64,000 nucleotides of DNA from Chiloscyllium plagiosum (GCF_004010195.1 NC_057719.1:29240822-29304821), one strand, 5' to 3'. Shown: positions 24,350 through 36,811, counted from the first letter of the stretch. Notes: generated from the sequence alone by a model not told the origin. Translations and numbers: made by a program.

Positions 24350-24800
24350 TCCCTGGCAGCTGCTTCTCACTGGTGCCTTCTCCAGGCATTCATTTTAGCC
24401 AGTATTCTCCAACCTCTGGTGGGGCACCACGTGGGCAGTGACCACCTGCACCCTTCATTCATGGAGGTTTGTATCTGCCAATCATCCGTCTTATTGCATA
24501 ATCATGGCACATCTTGCACTCATATATAATACAGTTTGTCACATCAATACTGCATATTGAAGCTCATTGACAGTTATGTTGTCATGCTGCTGCCAGGCCA
24601 CTTTGCACACAGTGTGGAAGTTTGACTCTTAACTCCGGATGGCACAAGTTTCAGTTCAAAAATAGATGCTTTATTTTTGGATAGCCAACAAGAGATTATG
24701 GGTGACACCAAAGGGGTTATGTAGCCTTCTTGTGCTGCCACCCTTCGATGAATCCCTGCTCTACACACGAAAGCAGTATGTTTTATAGGAATAATACAGA
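24350..24800 (-). mobile_element. Decayed PIF/Harbinger transposase relic
   Basis: 24609-24581 reads CAKWPGSS plus a frameshifted HD (Harbinger A[RK]WPGSxHD motif). Confidence 0.4.
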
Positions 24801-25235
24801 GGTCTACAAGTCACTTGGCTGATTGCTGTTACATTGTCTAAGGCAGGTAATTACAATTTTACGATGCCCGGTGATTGCTGACTTCCTGTAACAAATAGCG
24901 AATGGTTTACAGAAACTGGTTATTGTATTCTTCACAGTCAAATGTTGATGGGTAAAGATTTATACAGAAGGACTTAGTTCTGTTCTTATTGTTGGTTTCA
25001 CATGCCCTTGTTAATAGGTAGGGGAAGGATGATAATGGAAACAGGAGGCAGTTAATAAGGTTATGACCAAGGCTATCAGTCTTGTCCAGGGAGGATAAAC
25101 ACCTTTGCCTGAGATTGGAAGTGAAATCCACATGTATGGCTCCAGAGGAGTCTGTCCTCTTGGAGTCGGCAAGCCCCCCTACTGTGATGTCCATCTCATT
25201 CTGTAAGAGGGCAGGCATGCAATTGATACTGCAGT

Positions 25236-27208
25236 GAGTCAGAGAGTCACAGAATCATAGAGATGTAGAGCACGGAAACAGACCCTTCTGTCCAACCCAT
25301 CCATGCTGACTAGATATCCCAACCCAATCTAGTCCGACTTGCCTGCACCCGGCTCACATCCCTTCCAAACCCATCCAAATGCCCTTTAAATGTTGCAATT
25401 GTACTAGCCTCCACCACTTCCTCTGGCAGCTCATTCCACACACTCTTTATATCTTTCCCCTCTCACCTAAACCTATGCCCTCCAGTTCTGGACTCCCCCA
25501 CCCCAGGGAACATACTTTGTCTATTTATCCTATCCATGCTCCTCCTAATTTTGTAAACCTCAATAAGGTCACCCCTCAGCCTCCGATGCTCCAGGGAAAA
25601 CAACCCCAGTCTGTTCAACCTCTCCCTATAGCTCAATATCGCCAACCCTGGCAAGATCCTTGTGAATCTTTTCTGAACTCTTTCAAGTTCCACAACATCT
25701 TTCTGATAGGAAGGAGACCAGAATTGCACACAATATTCCAAACATGACCTCCCAACTCCTGTACTCAATACTCTGACCAATAAAGGAAAGCGTACCAAAC
25801 ACCACCTTCACTATCCTATCCACCTGCGACTTCACTATCAAGGAGCTATAAACCTGCACTCCAAGGTCTCTTTGTTCCACAACAAACCCCCAGGGCCTTA
25901 TCATTAAGTATATGAGCTCTGCTAAGATTTGCTTTCCCAAAATGCAGCACCTCACATTTATCTGAATTCATCTGCCACTTCTCAGCCCATTGACCCATCT
26001 GATCAAGATCCTGTTGTAATCTGAGGTAACCTTCTTCGTTGTCCACTACACCTCCAATTTTGGCGTCATCTGCAAACTTACTAACCATACCACTTATGCT
26101 CACATCCAAATCGTTTATATAAATGACAAAAAGTAGTGGATCCAGCACCGATCCTTGTGGCACTCCACTGGTCACAGGCCTCCAGTCTGAAAAACAACCC
26201 TCCACCACCACCCACTGTCTTTTACCTTCGAGCCAAATGGCTATTCTCCCTGTATTCCGTGAGATATAACCTTGCTAACCAGTCTCACATGGGGAACCTT
26301 GTCGAATGCCTTACTGAAATCCATATAGATCACATCTACTGCTCTGCCCTCATCAATCCTCTTTGTTACTTCTTCAAAAAACTCAATCAAGTTTGTGAGA
26401 CATGATTTCCCAAACACAAAGCCAGATTGACTATCCCTAAACAGTCCTTGCCTTTCCAAATACTTGTACATCCTGTCCCTCAGGATTCCAACCAACAACT
26501 TGCCCACCACCGATGTCAGGCTGACTGGTCTATGATTCCCTGGCTTGTCCTTACCACCTTTCTTAAGCAGTGGCATCACGTTAGCCAATCTCCAGTCTTC
26601 CAGCACCTCGCCTGTGACTATTGACGACACAAATATCTCAGCAAGAGGCCCAGCAATCACTTCCCTAGCTTCCCACAGTGTTCTAGGGTACCCCTGATCA
26701 TATCCTGGGGATTTATACAATTTGATGCGTTTCAAGACATCCAGCACTTCCTCTTCTGGAATATGGACATTTTTCAAGATGTCACCATCTAATTCCCTAC
26801 ATTCTATATCTTCCAAGACCTTTTACACAGGATATACTGATGCAAAATACTCGTTTAGTATCTCCCCCATTTTCTGCGGCTCTATACAAAAGCCGCCATG
26901 CTGATCTTTGAGGGGCCCTATTATCTCCCTGGTTACCCTTTTGTCCTCAATGTATTTGTAAAAACCCTTTGGATTTTCCTTAAGTTTATCTGCCAAAGCT
27001 ATCTCATGTCCCCTTTTTGCCTTCCTGATTTACCTCTTAAGTATACTCCGACTGCCTTCTAAAGATTCACTCTATCTATCCTGTCAATACGTGACACTTG
27101 CTTCCTTCTTTTTCTTGACCAAACCCTCAATTTCTTTAGTTATCCAGCACTCCCTATACTTAGCAGCCTTTCCTTTCACCGTAACAGGAATATATTTTCT
27201 CTGGACTC
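25236..27208 (-). mobile_element. 5'-truncated CR1 (RT)
   Basis: HRPVSLTSVVGK, YMDFSKAFDKVPH, GVPQGSVL, KFADD; 8-nt tail repeats at 25236-25265. Confidence 0.95.
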
Positions 27209-27599
27209 ATGAATTCCCAATATATCACGATAAGCAAGTAAAAATGGAACTTATTCTTTTGTGGCTCTCTAACTTCCTCAACAGGAGCATATATTCATCT
27301 TTGTGTATGGAAACATGATGTATCTTTGGGCTCATGGCTTGCTTTCTTAGTGCTACTAATTTTTCACACACAATACTTAGATGCTCACTGAATCTGTGCC
27401 CTGCCTTGCCTTTTTACATTTATTACTTCATTCAGAACTTTCAAGCTCTTGGTAATTATCTATTTGCCTTGTTTTTAGGTGCAAGCAGAAAACTAGCAAG
27501 TTTGTCATAATTCCCACTAATGATTAAGTAAGGAGTAGAAATGTTGCTGTATGGGACCATTCTATGTCAAAGTCACACCTACACCATGAGTCAGTAGCT

Positions 27600-28660
27600 T
27601 ACACAGCACAGTGTCAGCGGTTCCATAGTATTGTGGTTTGGGAATGAGGACGTGGCCAGGAGGCCGCGGTCAGTCCTGCAGGTCGAGTTCAACCAATCAG
27701 GAACTACACACAAACCAGCCGCATATTTGATCTATCATACATTTGGATTCGTTAATCCACGTTGACCAGGGATTGGGCCATGGTATATCATGGAAGTCTG
27801 TTCCCTGAAAGTCAAGTGAGTTATCAGGGATGATTGCTGTGGATTATTGCGATTGAAGACAATCTGCTGGAATTCAGAGTAGACACTAACTGTGAACAGA
27901 GCTAACCTAATACCCAAGGATGGGAGACAATAGATCAGTGGAAGGTATGGGGTACCAAGGCAGTGTTGTCATTGAAGGTTACCACCATTTGAAGGGATGA
28001 GCATACATAACAAAGTTTGCACTTTAGCAGAATAGTATCAAGATGAGATTCTCATGTTGGACAAATCTGGAGATTCCTTGCTATACACTGTAGATAGAGT
28101 GTGCTGCACTATCCTTGCAAACTTTGCTGTTGTCAACAGGAAAAGGCCAAAGAGGGGAAGTGATGGACAATGAGGAGTTGTGAGAGCAGCAACATTCTTC
28201 TGATGAGGAAGATGAGGACATGGATCAGGTGGAACATCACCTTCACCATGTTGGAGCACAACAGTGTCAGGCACAACATGTCTGTCAAGACTTATTTGAT
28301 AATCTCTTCCAATGCAATGGAGTTGGCTGAAATCATCATTCATTGAGAGTATTAATGCTAGAAAGGAAGCAGTCCCTGTTTGTTCCCAAATGAAAATGCA
28401 CATTATCAGTTTGTTCTTTCTTCACTCTTTCAGTAAAGAGAGGGTGCGAGGTAGCAGAGAGAAGATGATGGCACTGACCCTTGTGGCGTGCAAAATGTCT
28501 TTGACCTTCTTCCTGTGTTGTGTAGGTGACACTTTAAAAGTGGACAGACAGGACTTGGTGCTACGGTCACCACGGTTTGTCCATAGGAAAGAGTACAATC
28601 CTCCAGTTCACTAGCCAATCCAGTGGATCTCCAGGTTCCTGACAGCAAAGTGAGTGTAAT
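27600..28660. mobile_element. Decayed Harbinger element: transposase remnant (+) converging on Myb/SANT-like remnant (-)
   Basis: + strand: QG*LL..LKT at about 27825 and KMRFS/LDKSGDSLLYTVDRVCC at 28040-28107. - strand: FAVRNLE, RRIVLFP and TQHRKKVKDILHATR|gtcagt at 28650-28473. Confidence 0.55.
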
Positions 28661-28779
28661 GTATCTCTATTGACCAATACCTGTGTGAGTTTTCACAAAC
28701 ATGAGATGTAAAACGCAGTTCTTTCCTTTCAGCATTTGAAAAAGTGCGCAGCTGTGTTTTTAAGTATGACACTGAAGCA

Positions 28780-28940
28780 TGAGTGCAGGAGACAGAGGAT
28801 TAATAGTAGAGGGTTGCTTTTCAGACTGGAGGCCCGTGACTTGTGGTGTGCCACAAGTATCGGTGCTGGGACTGCTACTTTTCAGAATTCATATAAAAGA
28901 TTTCATATAAATATAGGAGTCTTGGTTAGTAAGTTTGCTT
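28780..28940 (+). mobile_element. CR1 RT fragment
   Basis: ttttcagactggaggcccgtgac..gtggtgtgccacaag.atcggtgctggg; gttagtaagtttgc. Confidence 0.75.
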
Positions 28941-28974
28941 GGGGGTGTTTGGAACACACATTCTTTCCCTTCTA

Positions 28975-31545
28975 AGGCATATGCCTGCCTGTCAAGTTCT
29001 CTCAGTGATCCTTAGTGGTCTTCCCTGCTATTAGCACATCATCTAGATAAATAGACCTTGTAAAATGTTCTTCATCATCTTTTGAAAAATTCCACAGGCA
29101 GATGATAGCCCCAGTGGCAGTCTGTTTTATTGGTACAAGCTCTTATGAGTATTAATTGTAGCATACTTCTGGGAATTCTCTTCTAACTGCAATTGCAAGT
29201 ATATATGGCTCATACCCAGCTTTGAGAAGCTCAGCGTCCCTGTCATTTTTGCATGTATAAATCCTCTATGCGAGGATTTGGGTGTTCATCCAGCTGCAAA
29301 AATAGATTTACCATTCGTTTAAAATCCCCCCAAAGGTGAACCGACCCATTGGGCTTCACAGTTGGTACAATTGGTGCTACCCATTCTGCAAACTGGACTG
29401 GTTTGAAGATTCCTTCTGGTTTCTGCCTCTACTTGTGCCCTTAAAACAAATTGTACTGGAAGGACTTTGCAGCATTGTGGAATTGATTCCTGATCAATAT
29501 GCAAGGTGGCTCCATTGATAGTCCCTAGACTTTCTTGAAATTCTTTTGGGCAGATAATTTGGACTTCACTCAGGCAGCCATTTTATATTTGAAAAATAGC
29601 CAAACTAGGTGAATCTTTATCAACCAATTCTGCCCCATCAAGCTTTAGTCCGAGCCTATTACTACAATCATTGGTAACTAAACCAGCTCCTTTTCATAAC
29701 ACACTAGAACCGTAGTTGTGCACTGAATCTGTAAAGGTTCCCTGTAGAAGTTCTCAGTCTAGCTGAGGTCTTGTGCATACTTACGGGTTGGAGTCCAGAG
29801 CAAATTTTGTTAAAGACTGGTTTTGCGTTTACTGAAATGGCCTCACTGATACTGACTTCCATTAGAACCAGTTAACCATTTAACCAGATATTTATTTTGA
29901 TTATATCTGGTTTAGATGTTGCTAAACAATTTAACTGTTTCAATGCAGACGTAAGTGGACTTTCCAAGGTGTGCATTCTCCAGGATGCCAACCTATGAGT
30001 TCTCTTACACAATTTAGGTCTAGTGGTACTCTTCTGCTGTCTCAAGGTTGCAGTAACTACAATAGCTCCCTGGCCTGGATCCTAAGAAAATGTTAACCGT
30101 TTGGCTGAAGCTTGGCTTTATTTTGGGATTTTACTTTGGACTGACCTAGAGTCCCTCTGTTGCTCTGTGTGATGCCGTGCAATTGCCTTCACTCAAATGG
30201 TGTTCCCCAAGCTCAGTCAAACTTGCAAGGGTTTCCACTTCCATCAGAATACCCTGCAACTCATATTCTCCACTTGCCACAATTTTCCAATGATAAAGCC
30301 TATTGTGTGCCTGTTTGAAATCCAGTCGGGCTTTGGTTAGTAGGCACATTTGCATGGTTACATCATTAATCCCACATACCAAATAGTCTGTCAGCATCTC
30401 ATTAAAGGTTAAACTAAATTCCCATGTCTCTGCTAGTCATCTTAACCCAGTCAAAAATCCTGATATGGATTCCCTTTGTTCTCGAATTACTGAGTAAAAC
30501 CGATTGTACCTCAGAATTAGAGGAGGCTTGGGGTTGTAATATGCCTTAATTAAATCTGTCAATTCTTGAAAGGGAAAGTTAGGCGCCTAATAAAGGAAAA
30601 AGCTTTGGTTCCACAAGCTGTCAGGTGAACTACTTGTTGCTTTTCATCTGCCCCAATGTCATTTGCCCAGACAAAATAAAACATACTTTGCACATACTGG
30701 GCCCAGTCATTGATGGCAAGATTGAACGAATGAAGCTTCCCAAATTATGCCATGATGCCATAAGTGCTTAGCCTAACTCAAAGACAACTGTTGAGAGCCA
30801 ATTCCTTCAGGAGCATGCTATTCTCTTGTTGCTCATTAAGTAACTTCATTGAGGCCAGTATCCCATCACTATGTCACCCTTTATTTACATGTGGAGAGTC
30901 TTTCACACTAATCCAGCTCTCTCAGAGCCAGCTCTCAGAGTGAACAGGATGTCTGACACTCCTCTTTCTTTATTTCTCTATAAAATCCCCACACTGCCAC
31001 CTCACTGCGGTAGTGCTTATTTTTCCCCTGCACCCAATTGTGTATGCAGGTGTGAAATTCAGTGACACTTTTCTTTTTATAACCTCTGATACTCCTGTTT
31101 ATATTTTTTTTCCTTTTTTTATTTTATTTACCCCCGCACTGCCACCTAACTGCGGTAGTGCTTATTTTCCCCCCGCACCCATGTGTGTGTGCAGGTGTGA
31201 GACTCAGTGATACTCATCTTTTTTTTGAGTGAAATAATGGAACAGATGTGCTTGCTGTGTGAAATAACACCACAGAGACCAGCATCCCATCACCAAGTCA
31301 CCTTTTATTTACATGTGGAAAGCCCTTGACACTGATCTAACTCCCTCAGAGCCAGCTCTCAGAGTGAACAGAACCTCTGACCCTCTTATTTTTTAAATTT
31401 TTTTGATTACCCCCACACTACCGCCTAACTGCGGTAGTGCTTATTTTTTCCCCAGCACCCTTGCGTGTGTGCAGGTGTGAGACTCAGTGACACTCCTCTT
31501 TCTATCTGTCAGCAAGGGTTCCCTGATTAACAGCCCCAATGAGGG
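28975..31545 (-). mobile_element. Ty3/Gypsy LTR retrotransposon 5' part (rearranged LTR, gag, protease, start of RT), decayed
   Basis: gag LTDYLVCGINDVTMQ..LL...LDFKQA (ORF 30146-30397); protease-like WLNG*LVLMEVS near 29890-29850; LTR segment present at 30838-30965 and 31260-31385. Confidence 0.8.
30987..31497 (-). repeat. Three copies of an ~80-90-bp hairpin-containing unit within the LTR region
   Basis: Units at about 30987-31070, 31131-31215 and 31410-31497 (ccc.cact.cc.cct.actgcggtagtgcttatttt...gcaggtgtga.a.tcagtga.act). Confidence 0.85.
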
Positions 31546-32353
31546 TAAGTATTTTCAATGCTTGTTGTAATTCAAGATTCTGGATATTTTGTGGCATCTA
31601 CTAATGTGGATAAAATGTTAATAAATTAAATCGTAGTTAATAATTTAATACAGTTAAAGTTCTCTATGAACTATGAAATGTATAAAATAATTTAAAAAGT
31701 TTGCATAAGAGTTCTTCAGCAGTAGAATTTTTAAAATATATGTAAAACAACAAATTTTATTGGATATGCTTCTGCCTAAAGCAATCTGTGGAATAATTTT
31801 AATAGTACTGAGGACCAATTCATCCTTTTCACCAATCTGTATAAAATGAAGATTAGATTTTTGTTGTACTGCAAATGATTGAATCGTTTAGCTGGGAAAT
31901 GCACTAATGGGTTTACATAGGTGATTGGATTTTGCTATCTGTTCAATGAAGATCATATTGTGCTATTAAGCCAACCTTTCACAGAGGGGCTGCTAAGAAA
32001 TAAACTGAAAATGAATTGCTTTTGTTGCATCGACATACTCAATTGTCACGAAAAAGGCGAACTGCACCTTGGGACAAGCATTGTAAGGCAAATTTATAAT
32101 TAGTTTAAATTGAGGAAAACACATTCTGCTCCAAACCCCAAATAGCTTATTGAATGAGAATGGCAAACTAAAGAATATTGCATCCTGAATTTGTGCATGC
32201 AAATGATTGCAAGGCAGAAATCTTCAAACACGATTCAGTTTGATGATGTGCTGTATTAAATTTTGCATAATCTGGAGGTCATCGAAGGTAAATGAGGGAC
32301 AGGAGATAACTCAACTCAATAATTGAGTCTGGAATGACGGTAGATTTTAATAG

Positions 32354-32565
32354 TCAAAAAATGTGGTGCTGGAAAAGCAAAGCAGGTCAGGCAGCATCCG
32401 GGGAGCAGGAGAGTTGATGTCTCGGGCATAAGCCCTTCATCAGGAATGGGCTTATGCCCAAAACATGACTCTCCTGCTCCTTGGATGCTGCCTGACCTGC
32501 TGTACTTTTCCAGCATCACACTTTTTGACTCTGATCTCCAGATCTGCAGGCCTCACTTTCTCCTA
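32354..32565. mobile_element. Hairpin Penelope-related non-autonomous element (family B) with 14-bp TSD
   Basis: Inverted arms around gcccttcatcaggaatgggc; GTAGATTTTAATAG at 32340-32353 and 32566-32579. Confidence 0.85.
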
Positions 32566-33194
32566 GTAGATTTTAATAGATAGGCTAAAGTGGAAATCAT
32601 TGTTTTGTACAGGATATAAGGTCCTAAACTGATCATAACCAAATGCTGAGATTGCTGTCACTCTGTTCCAACCAGATGGTGACCAGGGAGCTGGATGAAG
32701 TCGCAAGGAAATAAAATGTTGTGAAGGTGATGAAGGTCGCATAGTCATGCATTGTTGGAATAAGCTATTGGTCAAATACAGAATTCTTTTTTTCAATAAC
32801 ACCCTTTAAAAAGTTGAAGTCCCAAAATTCTAAACTTAACCCAAGAAAAGAGAAAAGACTTTGAGCAGACACATTTGATCATAAATATCTCCAGGCTAGT
32901 TCCAAGTACCAAATGAAATCATGGCAGTGGTGAGTGTTGGGGAGAGGAGTTGGGGAGGTGGTTGTTTGTGGGGAGTGCAGGATTGATAGGAGGGTGGTTA
33001 CGAGTTTCCAAAAAAGTGGTCAGGTGGCAATAGCTTGGGAGGATAGAGAAAGTCAATGGGAGGAACAGTGTACCTAGGACTTGGCTATGCAATACCAATA
33101 AGTTAAATTATTTCACCAGTGTTCCTATGGTAGGACTCCTAATTCAGATGACGCAGCTTAGGATCACCTATGACCTCAATACTCTTTTGAACAT

Positions 33195-33408
33195 ATTACA
33201 TAAGAACATATAAAATAGAAGCAGGAGCAGGCCATCTGGCCCCATCAAGCCAGCTCCGCCATTCAGTAAGATCATGGCTGATCTTTTTGTGGACTCAGCT
33301 TCACTTAACTGCCTGCACACCATAACCCTTAATTCCTTTATTGTTCAAAATCTATCTTTGTCTTAAAAACATTCAACAAAGTAGCTTCAACTGCTTCACT
33401 GGGCAGGG
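33195..33408 (-). mobile_element. CR1 3' tail fragment
   Basis: cataagaacata...gcaggccatctggccc...ccattcagtaagatcatggctgatc; similar to 36206-36400. Confidence 0.75.
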
Positions 33409-34528
33409 GTCAGAGGCACAGCTGCTGCAGGAAGGAAGGCAGTGGTGTGTTCCCCAAGGTTAGTGCAGGGGTCTGGCTGGGTGGGGCAGGGACTGGGCTC
33501 AGAGACTCCCGGGCCAGGTGTTGCAGGGCTAGGACCAGGCAGTGATGTCCCAGGGGTTTCTGTAATGGGGCGGGGGCTGGACGTGGGGTCAGGGGCACGG
33601 CAGAGCAGGGATCAGTTATGGATTCGGGGGGTTGGGGTCAGGGTTCCTGTGCCAGGGTGACTCTGGCACAGCCACAGGGGCATTGTCGTGCCAGGGTGGG
33701 GCGTGTTGAGGGTCTATTTTGGGCGAAGATGATGGGGTAGTCTCCATGGGGGCGGGTTTGGCACGTTGGGTTTTCTTTTGTGCCTTCTGTCTGGCCGCAT
33801 GCTCACCCCCTCCCTGCCAGAGGCCGAGGCACTAGGAGCCTCTGGCTTAACCCCTGCTGCTGGAGCTTGTGGTGTTGACTTCGGGGGAGGGGGAGTAGGT
33901 GTGGTGGCGCCACACTCAGCCATTGTCGTGGGCTAAGCCTTCTGGGTAGGGCAGTTCTTTCTTATTTGCCCCACCTCATGGCACAGGTGACACCACATGC
34001 CATCCAGAAGATGCGGTAGGCCACGCCCTCGTGGAGGAGGGTAAATGAGCCTTACGTGACCTCCTCCCGGGCTAGGCAAATGAACACCTGGTGTCGGAAG
34101 GAGTATATATGCCAGAGGGCAGGTTCCTTCAGACCGAGTAGGAGCAGTTGGACACCTGACCGGATTTCCCCAGAGTTTGAAGGTGGGGGAGAAGGGGCTC
34201 ACTGACAATGAAGGGCGGGACATTGGAAATCACAGCCCTCTGGGCCGTGACCTCCAAAGGGTTGACGGGTAAGTGTGTCCCGCCCACAGTGAGCCCCCTC
34301 TCCCTGACTAGGTGGACTGCCTGCTCGGTCCTGAGGAAAAATACGGCCTTCCCATATTTTCTGGCTGCAGCAACATGGCTAGTGGGCTGACCACATTAGC
34401 CATGGCCTTACTGCAGCTCTCAATGGTCATGTTCGGGTGGGAGTAGGCCTTGACCCCCAGACGTTTAGTCAAGTGCCTGAAGGGGTCGGGGTTGCAGCGG
34501 GGGCTGTAGCAGCCAAGCCTAAGGCAGC

Positions 34529-34643
34529 TGAAAAATCTGTTGATGAAAAAGCGCAGCAGGTCAGGCAGCATCCAAGGAGCAGGAGAGTCGACATTTACAT
34601 ATTTTTCAGCTCTGATCTCCAGCATCTGCAGTCCTCACTTTCT
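34529..34643. mobile_element. Family B short element inserted in Tx1 ORF1, 16-bp flanking repeat
   Basis: CCAAGCCTAAGGCAGC at 34513-34528 and 34644-34659; body matches 32354-32565. Confidence 0.85.
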
Positions 34644-34952
34644 CCAAGCCTAAGGCAGCGGTCACCCCAGCATAGGTGCGACTGGGGCTTGCTTTTTTGG
34701 GGCTCACCATGCTGTGCTGTTGGGTGTTAATGGAGTAGGCCCCAGGAAACAGCTGTAGCTTTGAGTCCACGTGGGGTCCCAGGCAGCAGCAGCAGTGGAA
34801 GCAGGTCTCTGGTTGCAGAAGTGGAGGTCTTGGAAGAGGCCCAAGGCAAGTGCCAGGCAGCAGTAGTGGAGACAGGCCTCAAGTAGCAGCAGGTAGGGTC
34901 CAGGGACCAGCAATTGGAGTGGGCCCCAGGCAGCAGCAACACACCCTTTTTT

Positions 34953-35208
34953 TTAGATTAGATTAGATTAGATTACATTACAGCGTGGAAACAGGCCCTT
35001 CGGCCCAACAAGTCCACACCGACCCGCCGAAGCGCAACCCACCCATACCCCTACATTTACCCCTTACCTAACACTATGGGAAACTTAGCATGGCCAATTC
35101 ACCTGACCTGCACATCTTTGGACTGTGGGAGGAAACCGGAGCACCCGAAGGAAACCCACGCAGACACGGGGAGAATGTGCAAACTCCACAGTCTGAGGTG
35201 GGAATTGA
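34953..35208 (-). mobile_element. HE1-type V-SINE (5'-truncated)
   Basis: (ttaga)n tail, gtggaaacaggcccttcggccc, and V-domain ggaggaaaccggagcacccg..ggaaacccacgcagacacggggagaatgtgcaaactccaca. Confidence 0.9.
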
Positions 35209-35324
35209 CTTAGGTGAGGCTCTGGCAGCAGCAGTGGAGGTAGGCCTCAGGCAGCAGCAGCAGTTAGGACAGCTGTGGGCAAGGCCCGGGCTGTAGCACC
35301 AGAAGCAGGCCCAGGACTCAGAAC

Positions 35325-35377
35325 CTTCTTCTTTTTCTTCTTCTCCTTCTCCTTCTCCTTCTCCTTCTTCTCCTTCT
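35325..35377. repeat. (TTC/TTCTCC)n pyrimidine microsatellite abutting the gap
   Basis: Read directly from the sequence. Confidence 0.9.
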
Positions 35378-35877
35378 NNNNNNNNNNNNNNNNNNNNNNN
35401 NNNNNNNNNNNNNNNNNNNNNNNNNNNNNNNNNNNNNNNNNNNNNNNNNNNNNNNNNNNNNNNNNNNNNNNNNNNNNNNNNNNNNNNNNNNNNNNNNNNN
35501 NNNNNNNNNNNNNNNNNNNNNNNNNNNNNNNNNNNNNNNNNNNNNNNNNNNNNNNNNNNNNNNNNNNNNNNNNNNNNNNNNNNNNNNNNNNNNNNNNNNN
35601 NNNNNNNNNNNNNNNNNNNNNNNNNNNNNNNNNNNNNNNNNNNNNNNNNNNNNNNNNNNNNNNNNNNNNNNNNNNNNNNNNNNNNNNNNNNNNNNNNNNN
35701 NNNNNNNNNNNNNNNNNNNNNNNNNNNNNNNNNNNNNNNNNNNNNNNNNNNNNNNNNNNNNNNNNNNNNNNNNNNNNNNNNNNNNNNNNNNNNNNNNNNN
35801 NNNNNNNNNNNNNNNNNNNNNNNNNNNNNNNNNNNNNNNNNNNNNNNNNNNNNNNNNNNNNNNNNNNNNNNNNNNNN
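35378..35877. other. Assembly gap (500 N)
   Basis: Run of exactly 500 n; true size unknown. Confidence 0.99.
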
Positions 35878-36205
35878 ATTGAAAAATATTAAATGCTGAG
35901 GTATCTTGAACTGGAGGATGTGGAAGGGATGTTTCCTTTCGTGGGCGAATTTAAAACTAAGTCAACCATTTAAGGCAGAGATGAAGATTTTTCCTTTCTC
36001 ATAGAGAGTTGTGAGTTTTTAGAATTCCCTTCATCAAAAGGCAGTAGATGCAAAATCTTTAAGTATATTTAAGGCAGAGGTAGAAAGCTTTTTAATTACG
36101 AGGGAATTGAAAAATATTGGAGGTATGCAGCAATGAAGAATTGAGGTTAAAAAAAGATCATCCTTGAATTTTATTAAGAGGCAGAGCAGGCTTGAAGGCT
36201 GAGTG
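35878..36205 (+). mobile_element. Degraded CR1 3' end
   Basis: gatgtggaagggatgtttcct...gagttgtgagt....ggaattcc...tatttaaggcagaggtaga. Confidence 0.65.
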
Positions 36206-36684
36206 ACCATAAGACATAGGAACTCAAATTAGGCCATTCAACTCATTGAGTCTACTGTGCCATTCCACCATGGCGGATATGTTTCTCAACCCCATTCTCC
36301 CACTTTCTCCCCATAACCCTTGATCCCCTTGATATTCATGAACCTATCTATCTCAGTCTTAAATATATTCAATGACACGGCCTCCACAGCCTTCTGTGGT
36401 AATGAATTCCATATATTCACCGCTCTCTGGCTGAAGATGTTTCTCCTTATCTCTGTTCTAAAAGGTCTTCCCTTTACTTTAAGACTGTGCCCTCGGATCC
36501 TAGTCTCTCCTACTAATCTTAGAATCCCTAGTGTGGAAACAGGCCCGTCAACTCAACAATTCCACACCGACCCTCTGAAGAGTCACCCATCCAGACCCAT
36601 TCCCCTACTCTATTACTCTACATTTACCCCTGACTAATGCACCTAACCCCCACATCCCTGAACACCATGGCCAATTTATCATAG

Positions 36685-36807
36685 GAGAAAGTGAGGACTG
36701 CAGATGCTGGAGGTCGGAGCTGAAAATGTGTTGCTGAAATGCGCAGCAGGTCAGGCAGCATCCAAGGAGCTAAAGAATCGACGTTTCGGGCATGAGCCCT
36801 TCTTCAG
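36685..36807 (-). mobile_element. Family B short element nested in HE1, 12-bp TSD
   Basis: AATTTATCATAG at 36673-36684 and 36808-36819. Confidence 0.88.
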
Positions 36808-36811
36808 AATT
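36776..36811 (-). ncRNA. Minimal type I hammerhead ribozyme motif (Penelope-type), apparently intact
   Basis: Minus strand AAUU-CUGAAGA-A-GGGC(UCAU)GCCC-GAAA-CG-UC|GAUU: full core, 4-bp GC stem II, palindromic ACGU, stem I AAUU/GAUU. Confidence 0.65.

Larger units (their letters stand above)
33409..35340 (-). mobile_element. Tx1-type (L1 clade) LINE 5' region / ORF1 with zinc knuckle
   Basis: GC-rich. FRHLTKRLGVKAY...KAMANVVSP plus a frameshifted AARKYGKAVFFL segment, typical of Tx1 ORF1; knuckle CHLCHEVGQIRKNCP (CCHC with H>Q). Confidence 0.78.

Noticed and set aside
30987..31497. CRISPR-like repeat array
   Set aside because: Vertebrate DNA, ~85-bp degenerate units, irregular spacing and no cas genes.
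32405..32446. Functional hammerhead in this copy (also 9521, 51725, 56784)
   Set aside because: Core or stem I is damaged (GAGA or AAAA in place of GAAA, or stem I deleted); treated as relics.
32354..32565. DNA-transposon MITE interpretation of the hairpin elements
   Set aside because: Variable 12-18 bp TSDs and asymmetric ends fit retrotransposition better; compare the TA-flanked MITE at 24033.
35275..35892. 205-aa ORF
   Set aside because: Artefact of reading through a microsatellite and 500 Ns.
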